Positions 1 through 9,080 are shown, numbered from the stretch's first letter. The stretch: DNA of 64,000 nt from an uncultured archaeon (GCA_964342815.1 CAYFHS010000015.1:247-64246); one strand, 5' to 3'. Notes: generated by a model not told the origin, from the letters alone. A program made the numbers and translations.

Positions 1-1415
1 ACCCACCACAACTTGCTGCCATCCGGCTGAGTCACTCCGTCGTTAGGAGTGTTTGGGGTTTCCAGCTCTGCGGACCATCCCGGTAGTGGCTCTGTGATGG
101 TCAGCTCGACAGTATCAGCTTCTTGGTAAGGTTTGGATAGAGGATTCTCCACGAAACCCAGCTCGGATCCAACGGAAATATTGTAGGTTACCGTATGTTC
201 GGGCTCAACCAATTTCACCATTGGTTCCTCCTCTCCTGTCACCGGATCTTTTTGCGGAGAAAGGGCCACCTCATTGGGGCGGCTTATACCTAGGTTGAGG
301 CAGGCGATAGCCATTGCAGTTCCCCATACGATCCCATAATCACCATTCCAACTGCCGTCCTGGTTCTGGCTGTCGAGGAGTGCTGTTTGAATTTCTTCAT
401 TCCAGTTTTTCCATTCATCGCCACCGACGAGATACATTGCAATGGTTGCATGATAGGTGAAGTAGAAACTGGAAACACGGTAACGGGGGCCCCAGTTCAA
501 CACTGATCTTAACGCACCCTGAGCTTCTGGTGTCTCGCCTGCACCCAACAGGTACATGCAATAAAGGCCAACAGCGGTGTTCGCGTCTCGGGTGGACCGA
601 CTGCTGTAACCGAATCCACTGCCGCTGGAAACGCTTTTCAGCCATTTTATGCAATATTCGAAGGCATCATCAGGCACGTCATAGATACCGGAGGACTCTG
701 CAAGCACGATGGCGTGAATGTTCCAGCCCGATAGAGAAGTATCCGAACCGCGATAATCCGGGGTGTACCTCCACCCTCCCTCCGAGCGGGGTCCGTTCAT
801 GGTATTTGGTCTGCGCGGTGTGTTCTGTGCCCGTACGATTAGGGCCACGGATTCATTGATATAGGGTAGGAGTGATATGTCCTGAGTATGGAAATAGTAA
901 TCGATAAGAGCAGAGGTTGCCGAACCCTGAGAATACATTTTCCCATGTGAATACCCGTTTGGTGCGAACCGGTCATTCCATAAAGCACCCCCGTAATAGT
1001 CCCTTTGCTGTCCAGCAGGATAATCCGCGGGATCATGCCAAACGTATCTCAGAAAACGCACGCCTCCTTCGATAGCGTCCTGCCACCGAGGGCCCGTTGC
1101 ATTGTAATCGACAAAGGCTCGGAGGCAGCTCCCTACCATGTTGGTGTTCTTCCCGTACCAACCGGATTGGTACCAGGCACCATCGGGAAGTTTCGTGTCA
1201 TTCAGGTATACAAGCCCTCTTTCTATGGCTTCCTTTACGTCTTCAAGGTCATATTTCCCTCTGCTGGACTTCTTCGCCAACTCTTCATCTCGAATTATGA
1301 GAGAATCACTGTTCGCCTCGAAGACGCCTTTGCCGGACAAAAGCGTGGAACACATTAACAATATTATCGTCCCTACAATCATGAATTTTTTTAACTGTCT
1401 TCCATTATCAATCAT
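1..1415 (-). CDS. Secreted prenyltransferase / squalene-cyclase-repeat (alpha-alpha toroid) protein; C-terminus outside window
   Basis: Absent from the ORF track because it has no stop inside the window. My hand translation of the reverse strand from the ATG at 1415 (alternative ATG at 1382) stays open to position 1. It begins MIDNGRQLKKFMIVGTIILLMCSTLLSG (signal/anchor). It then carries repeated Gly-Trp motifs (LPDGAWY, SEGGWRY, QNQDGSWNG) typical of prenyltransferase/SQHop-cyclase repeats. The short plus-strand ORFs here look spurious. Confidence 0.6.
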   Translation of the reverse strand, partial: MIDNGRQLKKFMIVGTIILLMCSTLLSGKGVFEANSDSLIIRDEELAKKSSRGKYDLEDVKEAIERGLVYLNDTKLPDGAWYQSGWYGKNTNMVGSCLRAFVDYNATGPRWQDAIEGGVRFLRYVWHDPADYPAGQQRDYYGGALWNDRFAPNGYSHGKMYSQGSATSALIDYYFHTQDISLLPYINESVALIVRAQNTPRRPNTMNGPRSEGGWRYTPDYRGSDTSLSGWNIHAIVLAESSGIYDVPDDAFEYCIKWLKSVSSGSGFGYSSRSTRDANTAVGLYCMYLLGAGETPEAQGALRSVLNWGPRYRVSSFYFTYHATIAMYLVGGDEWKNWNEEIQTALLDSQNQDGSWNGDYGIVWGTAMAIACLNLGISRPNEVALSPQKDPVTGEEEPMVKLVEPEHTVTYNISVGSELGFVENPLSKPYQEADTVELTITEPLPGWSAELETPNTPNDGVTQPDGSKLWW

Positions 1416-1604
1416 TGGTAACACCCGGATTTTTCTCTACTGAAATATTGTTCATCATGATATTATCTTATTTATATAAATAAATATTGATACACTCCTT
1501 TAATTCGAACTCACAATATTAAGTGAATATTTATTCGGCATGCACGGAGTTTCCCCGGTGGATTGAGCGATTCAGATTATCTCTAGGTGATTCATATAGT
1601 TAAA

Positions 1605-1615
1605 TTTTTAAATAA
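1605..1615 (+). promoter_or_regulatory. Candidate TATA box for the KaiC-like operon (leaderless-type spacing)
   Basis: TTTTTAAATAA is centred about 26 nt upstream of the ATG at 1636, and no Shine-Dalgarno lies between them. Confidence 0.35.
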
Positions 1616-1635
1616 GCACCTTAATCAACTGCCCT

Positions 1636-2376
1636 ATGCCCGCCAGAGAAAGATGTGTAACAGGTATCGAGGGATTGGATGCGGCTTTGAACGGCGGGTT
1701 TCCGGCAGGAAACGTGGTTCTACTGTCTGGAGCCTGTGGCACGGGGAAGACCACGCTTGGGATCGAGTATCTAACTTACGGGGCTGCAAGAGGTGAGAAC
1801 GGGGTATATTTCTCCGTCACAGAACCATATGAAAAGCTGCTTGAGAACATGCGGGCATTCAGTTTCTTCTCTGAAAATCTGATCGAGGAGAACAAATTAT
1901 TCATAATAGACGTATCTCTACTATACAACCGGCTGGGACTATTGAGCCAGGACCGCACCATCCAGGATATCGATACTCTTCTCTGGGCGTTGATCGATAC
2001 TGTAAGGGCGCTGCATATAAAGAGAGCGGTAATAGATTCAATTACGGCAATATGTTCCAGGCTCGCCCAGCCCAGTAAAATAAGAGAACTGGTTTTCAAT
2101 CTATCCAGAATGTTCACCCATTTCGGAGTTACCACACTGCTGATATCCGAATTGTCCGGGAGCTCCGGACGTTATTCCACCTATGAAGTGGAAGAAGCAG
2201 TATCAGATGGGATCATAATACAGGAGGATATTGAGAGAATGGGTAACATGATGAGGACCATTCAGATAGTAAAGATGCGGGGAACCGCCCATTCCAGGGC
2301 AAAATATGTTATGGACCTTTCAACGGAGGGGGCATTAATGGTCCCGCTATTGAAATGGGGACTATCAGGTGAGTAG
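1636..2376 (+). CDS. KaiC/RecA-superfamily ATPase, single domain, Walker A intact
   Basis: The N-terminus ERCVTGIEGLDAALNGGFPAGNVVLLSGACGTGKTTLGIEYL has the KaiC-like G-x-x-G-x-GKT P-loop. KRAVIDSITA is a Walker B-like hydrophobic strand plus Asp. The stop abuts the next ATG (TAG at 2374-2376, ATG at 2377). Confidence 0.8.
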   Translation: MPARERCVTGIEGLDAALNGGFPAGNVVLLSGACGTGKTTLGIEYLTYGAARGENGVYFSVTEPYEKLLENMRAFSFFSENLIEENKLFIIDVSLLYNRLGLLSQDRTIQDIDTLLWALIDTVRALHIKRAVIDSITAICSRLAQPSKIRELVFNLSRMFTHFGVTTLLISELSGSSGRYSTYEVEEAVSDGIIIQEDIERMGNMMRTIQIVKMRGTAHSRAKYVMDLSTEGALMVPLLKWGLSGE

Positions 2377-2952
2377 ATGAGCGAATTCGAGAATAAACTC
2401 ATTGACCAATTCAACATGATGCCTGATTATTCGATCACTTCACTCTTTGTCGATACCGATCAATATTTTCCTGCAATAACCAATACTCTGTTCCATTCAA
2501 CGGAACAGAGGGAAATGGGCGGCGCCTACGTTACCATAACAAGACCGGCAAGAGCTATAATGAACAAACTGCTCGCACAGAAAATACGAATAGCCGACAC
2601 CTATTTCATCGACTGTATATCCTATATGGTGGGGGGTCATTCCATGGCCTCCAAACAGGTTGTGAACCTTGAGAGCCCCACAATGCTGGAAACCGTTCTT
2701 CTGAAAGTAGACTGGGCATTCCGCCAGATTGCAGCACCCCAGAAATTCCTGTTCCTCGATTCGGTCAATGCGTTGGGGATATATAATCGGGACAAAATAC
2801 TGAAAGAATTTCTTCATGTATTCATTAATCGATTGCGGGCTAGAGATATCTTTTCGATTATGCTGATCGTCGGAAGGGGTTTACCAAGAGACCTGGAAGA
2901 GATGCTCCAGATGACCTGTGACGAGACGGTGGACCTCCGTAAGAAGCTCTGA
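2377..2952 (+). CDS. Degenerate KaiC/GvpD-family domain protein without a P-loop
   Basis: 191 aa. The pattern GAYVTITRPARAIMNKLLAQKIRIADTYFIDCISYM resembles P-loop-less KaiC/GvpD-like modules, and no GxxGxGK[ST] is present. It sits between two KaiC-like genes. Assignment is by pattern only. Confidence 0.45.
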   Translation: MSEFENKLIDQFNMMPDYSITSLFVDTDQYFPAITNTLFHSTEQREMGGAYVTITRPARAIMNKLLAQKIRIADTYFIDCISYMVGGHSMASKQVVNLESPTMLETVLLKVDWAFRQIAAPQKFLFLDSVNALGIYNRDKILKEFLHVFINRLRARDIFSIMLIVGRGLPRDLEEMLQMTCDETVDLRKKL

Positions 2953-2966
2953 GCTAAGGTGAGAGA

Positions 2967-3731
2967 ATGGCAAGTTTAAGTATCGGTATCCCAAAGGTTG
3001 ATCGCATCCTCATCGATGGGGGAGTTCCCGCAGGTTTCACGGTCCTAGTAAAGGGTGCACCAGGAGCGGGAATGGATCTGTTCGCAAAACAGTTCACATC
3101 CGGCGCGGAAACCCTTGAGAACGTAATGTATTTTTCCACGGACGAGCGTTTGGAGGACGTTATCCGCATCATCAGGCAGTATGGGTGGCCTACCAATCTG
3201 GACATTATCGACATTGCATCATCTTATTTCGACCGTGTGCTGGCAAGAGAGTTGGAAATATCGAAACTGAAGAGGGACGGTCTCACGGTATCGGACCTTT
3301 TGAAATTGATCGATGCCTCTCGCTCGGAAGAAAGAGAGGAAACGAACTTTCTTCGAGATATGAGCTACACTATTTCGGACCTGTCGCCTCCTTTTCGCGT
3401 TGTGGTAGATTCGATAGACTTTTTTCTCGAGAACTATCCCCCCGAAAAGGTCATCTCCTCAATGAGAACAATCAAGGCTCACACCTATTACAACAAGGGG
3501 CTGACACTCGTTACGCTAACAGCCAACATGCACGACAGGAAGATCGAGAACGCTCTCGATGCCATAGCCGACATAGTCATTGAGATGAACATAATAACGG
3601 TGGGTACCGAATACGAGACACGCCTTATTATAAGGAAGGTTCGGAACTATCCCGGAAAGGCAGCTATAATGACCTATTCCATCACCCCGGAAAAGGGCAT
3701 AACTCCGGAAGTCATCTCAAGGGTCGCATGA
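2967..3731 (+). CDS. KaiC-like protein with inactivated Walker A
   Basis: GIPKVDRILIDGGVPAGFTVLVKGAPGAGMDLFAKQF aligns to the KaiC N-terminus. The P-loop reads GAPGAGMD, with Lys-Thr replaced by Met-Asp. The C-terminal ETRLIIRKVRN resembles the KaiC-family R-finger strand. Confidence 0.65.
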   Translation: MASLSIGIPKVDRILIDGGVPAGFTVLVKGAPGAGMDLFAKQFTSGAETLENVMYFSTDERLEDVIRIIRQYGWPTNLDIIDIASSYFDRVLARELEISKLKRDGLTVSDLLKLIDASRSEEREETNFLRDMSYTISDLSPPFRVVVDSIDFFLENYPPEKVISSMRTIKAHTYYNKGLTLVTLTANMHDRKIENALDAIADIVIEMNIITVGTEYETRLIIRKVRNYPGKAAIMTYSITPEKGITPEVISRVA

Positions 3732-3981
3732 TTATTATTCGTATTTGCAGCTCAATTTGGGTTTATTGTTCCCCATGATCGAAATTGCAATATGAATTTG
3801 CTTAGTTATAGTCTCGATCCCCACATCGTGCTATTTCTTTATCTGATACCCTTGTAAAACCATATGCATGGGCTGAGCAAGTTATAGGGATGCCAGGGCA
3901 GAGCAGATGTGATTTGTACAGGGAAAACCTCGCAATTAAAAGCTCATCGCTAAAACCTAAAGGAAAAATAAAACTAATTTA

Positions 3982-6762
3982 TTACTCGATCTTAGTGCCG
4001 CATTTACCACAGAAAAGAAAACCCTCGGGAATAGCCGTTTCGCAGTTTGGACAGTTCATCTCGAAGCGGTAACCACACTCCCCGCAGAATTTACTGCTCG
4101 TGGGACTTGGGTGGGAGCAGGCAGGACAGTCTTTAAGTGACTCTGCATTCTTTTCCATATCCGCCATTTTCTCCTCCATCTCCCTGATGGCAATGTAGAA
4201 CTCGGAGATCTGGTGCTCCTTTTTGGAGAGTTCTTCATTCTTCATTATGATCTCATCCTGAAGGTGTGCAATTCTTTCCTTCAGACTGTCCACCAAGGGT
4301 TCTTCCTTTGTCTTTACTCTGATTCCATCGTTCGACCCACTATCTTGTTCCAGTTCGTCCAGTTCGTCCCTCAGCTGGTCCAGGTGCTCCAATGATTTCT
4401 TCAGATTACCGCTGTAAAGAACTATCAAGGCATCCTGGTATGTACCCTGGACTCTGGTAGTGTTATATCCCTTCTGTTCCAGAGCCTCAATACGTGAAAG
4501 AGATTCCCTGAACTCCTCCATGATTCCCTCATGCTGGTCCTTTAACTGGATTATCTTCTCGTTTGCTTCTTTCACCAAAGATTCAACAAAAGCGATATCG
4601 GAATCGAGATGCACCCAGCAGTCATCGATCATGTCCTCAAGGTCAATTGTGTTCATCCCAGCGTTTTTCAAATCCTTTATCTCATCTGAAACCTGCTTTA
4701 TAAGCTGTCGGACATTCCCGTATCTCGGTGAGGATCTCTGGATCATTCTCTCAAGATCCGCTCTGAGCTTTTCGATGATTGCGATGCTCTCTGCGAACAT
4801 ATCGTTCTCGAAAGCTTTTACTCCCTTCGCCATTATCAGCTCGCACTCGGAAATATCAATACCCTTGGAACCCGCATTCGTAAGTTTCACGGTGATACTA
4901 CTTAGGAGATCCAGAGCCTTTTTTTTCTCCCCGCGTTTTAGGAACAACGCTGCTTCCTTTTCACCAAGCTTGATGAAATCAGCGGCTTTTTGATATTCCC
5001 CGTTATTAAAAACGACCCTAGCCTCTTTTGCCACTTCCTCAAGAGAGTTTACATTCATACCCTCGGCGTGGAGGGATGTGATTCTTCTCTCAAAGTGTTC
5101 CAGCATCTCCATAACTTCTCTCATCAAATTGTCTCTTTTCAATATCTCGGCATCCGATATTCGTTGGACAACTTTTTCCTTTTTAACGGGGGGCGGGACT
5201 GCCTCGCGTTTGGGTACGATGCGGTCCCTAGGGACTGGAACCGGATCAACCGGTTTTGGTTGATCAGGTTGGGGAGGCGGAAAACTTGCGGGACTTACTT
5301 TGGGTGGAGGAACTTCCTTTCTAGGAGGAGGTGTTTCTTCCTGGTTCATGATCTCCAATCGCTCAATAACCTGATGAAAAGAGTTTACCGCCCTATAAAA
5401 ATCACCCATTTTGTATATGCCCTTTGCGCGGGCCAGCATATCCTTGACAGACGTGAGGTCCTTCTCGGCAACCTCGGCTCTTGCCATGTTGATAGTAACC
5501 TTCGACAATAATTCCTTAATACTCACGTTCTGCTGGACATCGATCTGTTTTATAACAGACATAAGGTAAGCTGATGCCTTCTCGTAATCGCCTTTCTTGT
5601 ATTCACCTAATGCCGAACGGTATCTCTCCACCGGTTTGGAGACATCAATGCGATGATTGTGGGCTTCCTTTATTTTTTGCGACATCTGGTCGAACAGTAA
5701 TGGATACAATCCAACGTTTTCCACCAGATGGATGGTATTCCCGGCCACAATGGCCATGGTGGCTCCAACTTTGCTCATGGCAAGTTCGGTTATCTCATCG
5801 TTTCCTTCGAATTTGTACAAAAGCTCCTGGTTCCTCGAGAGGAAATAAGCATTCTTGTTCACGGAACCCACGGCAATATGTTGACCGGATTCATTTATCT
5901 GTGAGGCGGTAACGCCTTTAGTCACCAGTTTCTTGGCCGTTGCCTTAACGCTTCCCGTTTTGTATTGCCAGATAAGATTACCCATGACATTATAGCTCGA
6001 GAGGATTCCATCTCTCCCTCCAATGAGAATATAATCCTTAGATCGTGAAACCTCTATTGTGTCAGCAAGGTTCTTTCCCGTATGTTTCCAAAGGAGATCA
6101 CGTCTGTTGTTGAGACAATAAATGGAGGTCATGGCACCAACGACGATAATCTCACCAAGTCCGGATATGGTCACTGACTGGATGTTCCACTGCGTCTTGT
6201 AGTTCCAGACCAACTCCGGTCTACGGTCAAAGAGCATTATTGTGGCTTCGGATGTCGCTATAAAATATTTATCATCGTCGGTTTTGCATAGTTTTGACAC
6301 TTTGGCAACGGTTCGATGCTGCTTTACGATATTCCCGACATTATCATAGAAAATAACCTTATGGCCGGTGCATCCGGCCCCTATAAGGTCACCGGAATTT
6401 GTCATGATCAGGGAGGTTACCTTCGTACCTATCTTGTTTTCCCATACCAGTTCGCCCTTTGCATTCAACAGTAGAACATGTTTATCAGTCCCCACTGCAA
6501 TATTGCTACCAGATTCATTCATAGCAATACAGGTTACCGCGGAAAGACAGTTGTAATCCCATAAAAGTTCCTTTTCCTTATCGAAATAATAGAGATAATG
6601 ATCCTTACCACCCATCGCGATTCTATGACCCAAAGATGAGATTGCCACGCAGGTAATGGGCTTATTTGTGTTGTACTTCCACAGTACCTGGTGCCGTTTG
6701 GCTTTTTCCTGGTCGTCATCAGGGTAATGAACGGGCGGGAGAACCAAGGATTGCGGGGGCAT
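3982..6762 (-). CDS. Cytoplasmic beta-propeller (PQQ/WD-like repeats) - helical repeat - Pro-rich linker - coiled coil - C-terminal double zinc ribbon protein
   Basis: 926 aa with no signal peptide. The N-terminal half has about 8 repeats with L(L/V)W(D/E/N/K)Y/H motifs (LLWDYNC, LVWENKI, LVWNYKT, LLWKHTG, LIWQYKT, LLYKFEG). The middle has 5 helical units of type GDYEKASAYL / GDFYRAVNSF / GEYQKAADFI, plus PPPRKEVPPPKVSPASFPPPQP. The C-terminus reads CPACSHPSPTSSKFCGECGYRFEMNCPNCETAIPEGFLFCGKCG. Confidence 0.6.
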   Translation of the reverse strand: MPPQSLVLPPVHYPDDDQEKAKRHQVLWKYNTNKPITCVAISSLGHRIAMGGKDHYLYYFDKEKELLWDYNCLSAVTCIAMNESGSNIAVGTDKHVLLLNAKGELVWENKIGTKVTSLIMTNSGDLIGAGCTGHKVIFYDNVGNIVKQHRTVAKVSKLCKTDDDKYFIATSEATIMLFDRRPELVWNYKTQWNIQSVTISGLGEIIVVGAMTSIYCLNNRRDLLWKHTGKNLADTIEVSRSKDYILIGGRDGILSSYNVMGNLIWQYKTGSVKATAKKLVTKGVTASQINESGQHIAVGSVNKNAYFLSRNQELLYKFEGNDEITELAMSKVGATMAIVAGNTIHLVENVGLYPLLFDQMSQKIKEAHNHRIDVSKPVERYRSALGEYKKGDYEKASAYLMSVIKQIDVQQNVSIKELLSKVTINMARAEVAEKDLTSVKDMLARAKGIYKMGDFYRAVNSFHQVIERLEIMNQEETPPPRKEVPPPKVSPASFPPPQPDQPKPVDPVPVPRDRIVPKREAVPPPVKKEKVVQRISDAEILKRDNLMREVMEMLEHFERRITSLHAEGMNVNSLEEVAKEARVVFNNGEYQKAADFIKLGEKEAALFLKRGEKKKALDLLSSITVKLTNAGSKGIDISECELIMAKGVKAFENDMFAESIAIIEKLRADLERMIQRSSPRYGNVRQLIKQVSDEIKDLKNAGMNTIDLEDMIDDCWVHLDSDIAFVESLVKEANEKIIQLKDQHEGIMEEFRESLSRIEALEQKGYNTTRVQGTYQDALIVLYSGNLKKSLEHLDQLRDELDELEQDSGSNDGIRVKTKEEPLVDSLKERIAHLQDEIIMKNEELSKKEHQISEFYIAIREMEEKMADMEKNAESLKDCPACSHPSPTSSKFCGECGYRFEMNCPNCETAIPEGFLFCGKCGTKIE

Positions 6763-7014
6763 GTTATTACTTCCTCAGGATTGAATCGTCGAAAAAGTAT
6801 CCTCTCATTATATTTATGATTATATGAGTATTTTCATTCATCTGTCATAATTGAATATTTTATGCCTTGTCAAAGGGAGTTCCGAGAATCACCATTAATC
6901 ATTCTTGGAGCGGGAGATATTGATTAACTTAACAGCAAAACATAAATAAAACAACAAGATTTCAACGTGGAAATCAGCGAGAACGGAATATTATCCATTA
7001 TTGTTGATTATAAT

Positions 7015-7124
7015 GCCGAGGTAGCTCAGCCAGGTAAGGCGCGGGCCTGGAGATGACCAGAATCCGTCTCACTTGAGAGCCCGTGGTGCTTGTCACCTCG
7101 AGGGTTCGAATCCCTCCCTCGGCG
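7015..7124 (+). tRNA. tRNA-Ser (anticodon GGA at 7049-7051) with a 25-nt intron (7053-7077) at canonical position 37/38
   Basis: Acceptor stem GCCGAGG (7015-7021) pairs with CCTCGGC (7117-7123), and the discriminator is G7124. The D arm has GG in its loop. Anticodon stem CGGGC (7042-7046) pairs with GCCCG (7079-7083). A long variable arm GGTG-CTTGT-CACC (7085-7097) marks a class II tRNA. T arm is GAGGG-TTCGAAT-CCCTC (7100-7116). A T-run follows at 7128-7133. The bulge-helix-bulge has two AGA bulges (7051-7053 and 7076-7078) flanking a 4-bp helix with one U-U mismatch. CCA is not encoded. Confidence 0.9.
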
Positions 7125-7145
7125 CTTCGTTTTTGGGTGATCGGT

Positions 7146-8435
7146 TTGAAATTGAGATTTACATTTACAACCCTCGCAGTTATATTCTCGATAATAGGAA
7201 TCGCTTTATTACAGATTCTAGCTATGATGGCGAAGCCGGGTACCGTAAGTCTGGACCTGATCGAGTACCATGAAGGAGAAACTGTGGTGGTCCATGGCGT
7301 TGTCTGCCAATATTATTATACGGAAAGAGGAGAAACGGTAATCAAGCTGGCGGGAAACAGCGTAATAGTTCCTGTCGTGGTTGAAACGGGCCGACTCGAT
7401 CCGTCACCTGGCGACCAGCTTGAAGTTACGGGGAAAATCGTTAGGATAAATAACGGATTCGAACTCCAGGTCGCTCGAGCCTCTCTTGTAAAAAAGACTG
7501 GAACAGTATTGGGAAATGCGATAGCACTTGAATCTATGAACATTTGGGAAGGGGAATATATACAGACAAGGGGGGTAGTTTCGGATATGGAGGTAAAGGA
7601 TTTTTTCATTAAAGCCAAGGTGTTCGATCCGTTAAGCAGGTACGAGCTTGATTGGTACATTTATGAGATCGACGAACGAATAACCATTGGAGCCGAGGTG
7701 AACTTCACAGCATTTATAGACGGTTCCAGAGATGTGGTATCGCTTCAAACATACATGATTGAGGCAATTTCATTGGAAGGGCTGTGGGAATCGAAAGAAT
7801 TGGGTATCAGGAGAGCATTCGAATCTCTATCGAGCAACCGAAGGGAATTCATGTTTTTTCCGGTCAATATCACTGGTTATGTGCTATACCAACCCAATCC
7901 TATTTTTCCAAGTATAACTATTTCAGACAGGGTGGAATCCGGTGGAAGAACTTTGCGGGTAGGTTTCAATGATGATACAAATCTATCCGGGATCGATCGC
8001 AGGGACCTAGTAAAAGTAAGAGGAAGGCTAACGGAGGACGAGAAGACCATGGGCCTTGTTATGGATTCTTTTTATATTCGGCATATCGAGAAAGCTTCAC
8101 CGGAGAATATAACCTTAGAACAGATCAAGGAATCGCCTTATCTTTATCGAGACGCCAAAACGGGCCTGAAAGATTATGTAGGAAGGATGTCGGACAGAAA
8201 AGATATACACGGAGATCGCAATATAACACTTAGCGGGTATTTCTTCATGAATGAAAGCCGATATCCAGTATTACCTCTAGCTGTTAACGAGCATGAAGCT
8301 GGCATCTTGGGTCAATTGGATTCGATTTTTACCACGACGCAGGATGAATTCATACTGATTGGCATGTGGGGGAAATTGAGATACATTTCAGAGATAAATG
8401 CATATGTTTACGTGGTCTCTGAACTGACGATTTAA
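7146..8435 (+). CDS. Membrane-anchored protein with about four tandem OB-fold-like modules
   Basis: The track ORF starts at 7083 inside the tRNA, so I trimmed it to the in-frame TTG at 7146 (GTG at 7137 is also possible). That gives (M)KLRFTFTTLAVIFSIIGIALLQILAMM as an N-terminal TM segment. Repeated beta-barrel-like segments of tRNA_anti/OB type follow, e.g. GETVVVHGVVCQYY...GDQLEVTGKIVRINNGFELQV. No functional homolog recognised. Confidence 0.5.
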   Translation: MKLRFTFTTLAVIFSIIGIALLQILAMMAKPGTVSLDLIEYHEGETVVVHGVVCQYYYTERGETVIKLAGNSVIVPVVVETGRLDPSPGDQLEVTGKIVRINNGFELQVARASLVKKTGTVLGNAIALESMNIWEGEYIQTRGVVSDMEVKDFFIKAKVFDPLSRYELDWYIYEIDERITIGAEVNFTAFIDGSRDVVSLQTYMIEAISLEGLWESKELGIRRAFESLSSNRREFMFFPVNITGYVLYQPNPIFPSITISDRVESGGRTLRVGFNDDTNLSGIDRRDLVKVRGRLTEDEKTMGLVMDSFYIRHIEKASPENITLEQIKESPYLYRDAKTGLKDYVGRMSDRKDIHGDRNITLSGYFFMNESRYPVLPLAVNEHEAGILGQLDSIFTTTQDEFILIGMWGKLRYISEINAYVYVVSELTI

Positions 8436-8483
8436 GGGATTCAATAGAAGCGGCCCATTACCGGTTCCTTTTATAGAATTTCA

Positions 8484-9077
8484 TTATTCATTTTTTTTGC
8501 GACCACGCTTTTCCCGAATCTCAAGAATGAATGACCATACCATTAATCCTAGGAAACAAAGACCAGCGAAACCAATACCGAGAAATGTCGCAAATCCTAC
8601 TTTTTCCTTGTAATTCTCCACGGTAACGATCATTTCACCGTAGGATTTATGCCCCTGGCGGTCAGTTACAGTGAGATTTACTTTGTAATATCCGATCTCT
8701 TTAAAAATGAATTCAGGTCTTGGTCCGTAAAGGTGGATCTCCTCTCCTGAATAATCGAAGGTCCAAGAGTAGTTCACGATCTCGTTTTTGTTGCTTGAAC
8801 CCGATGAATTGAACTGCATAGGTTCGTTTATTTGTACTGTTAGGTCCTTTCCTGCATCAGCTACGATAGAAATATTCGTCCCTGAACCATTATCCATGAC
8901 GGGTGCCTCTGATCTTGATCGAAAAACAAACCATGAAGCCTTATTTTCAGCTAGGTTTTCTGGTAAAGGTGACCCTGATGGCTCACCAGACTTGACAAGT
9001 GGTGACTTGTCAAGAAAGGCAATGACCAATATTATCAGAGCCATTACCCAGAAATGAATAAAAAAATTATTTCGCAA
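8484..9077 (-). CDS. Bitopic membrane protein with one PKD domain
   Basis: N-terminal TM segment FFIHFWVMALIILVIAFL. PKD-like core NYSWTFDYSGEEIHLYGPRPEFIFKEIGYYKVNLTVTDRQGHKSYGEMIVTV. C-terminal TM segment plus a basic tail REKRGRKKNE. Confidence 0.6.
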   Translation of the reverse strand: MRNNFFIHFWVMALIILVIAFLDKSPLVKSGEPSGSPLPENLAENKASWFVFRSRSEAPVMDNGSGTNISIVADAGKDLTVQINEPMQFNSSGSSNKNEIVNYSWTFDYSGEEIHLYGPRPEFIFKEIGYYKVNLTVTDRQGHKSYGEMIVTVENYKEKVGFATFLGIGFAGLCFLGLMVWSFILEIREKRGRKKNE

Positions 9078-9080
9078 CTT

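Noticed and set aside
290-1443. Seven short ORFs (60-117 aa) on both strands at the left edge
   Set aside because: All lie inside one continuous minus-strand reading frame (1..1415) with clear signal-peptide and repeat features. That frame is missing from the track only because it lacks a stop in the window.
7047-7078. Alternative reading of the tRNA as tRNA-Ser(UGA) with a non-canonical intron position
   Set aside because: Only the canonical 37/38 position gives two 3-nt bulges separated by a 4-bp helix. The alternative would need the anticodon stem itself to pair with intron sequence CTCA, which it cannot.
7083-7145. N-terminal 21 codons of track ORF 7083..8435
   Set aside because: They overlap the 3' part of the tRNA-Ser gene and its T-run. 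An in-frame TTG (7146) or GTG (7137) gives a sensible TM-helix N-terminus.
7455-7475. GGATTCGAACTCC (reverse complement GGAGTTCGAATCC), a T-loop-like string suggesting a minus-strand tRNA
   Set aside because: Flanking sequence cannot form T, acceptor or anticodon stems, and it lies inside a well-supported CDS.
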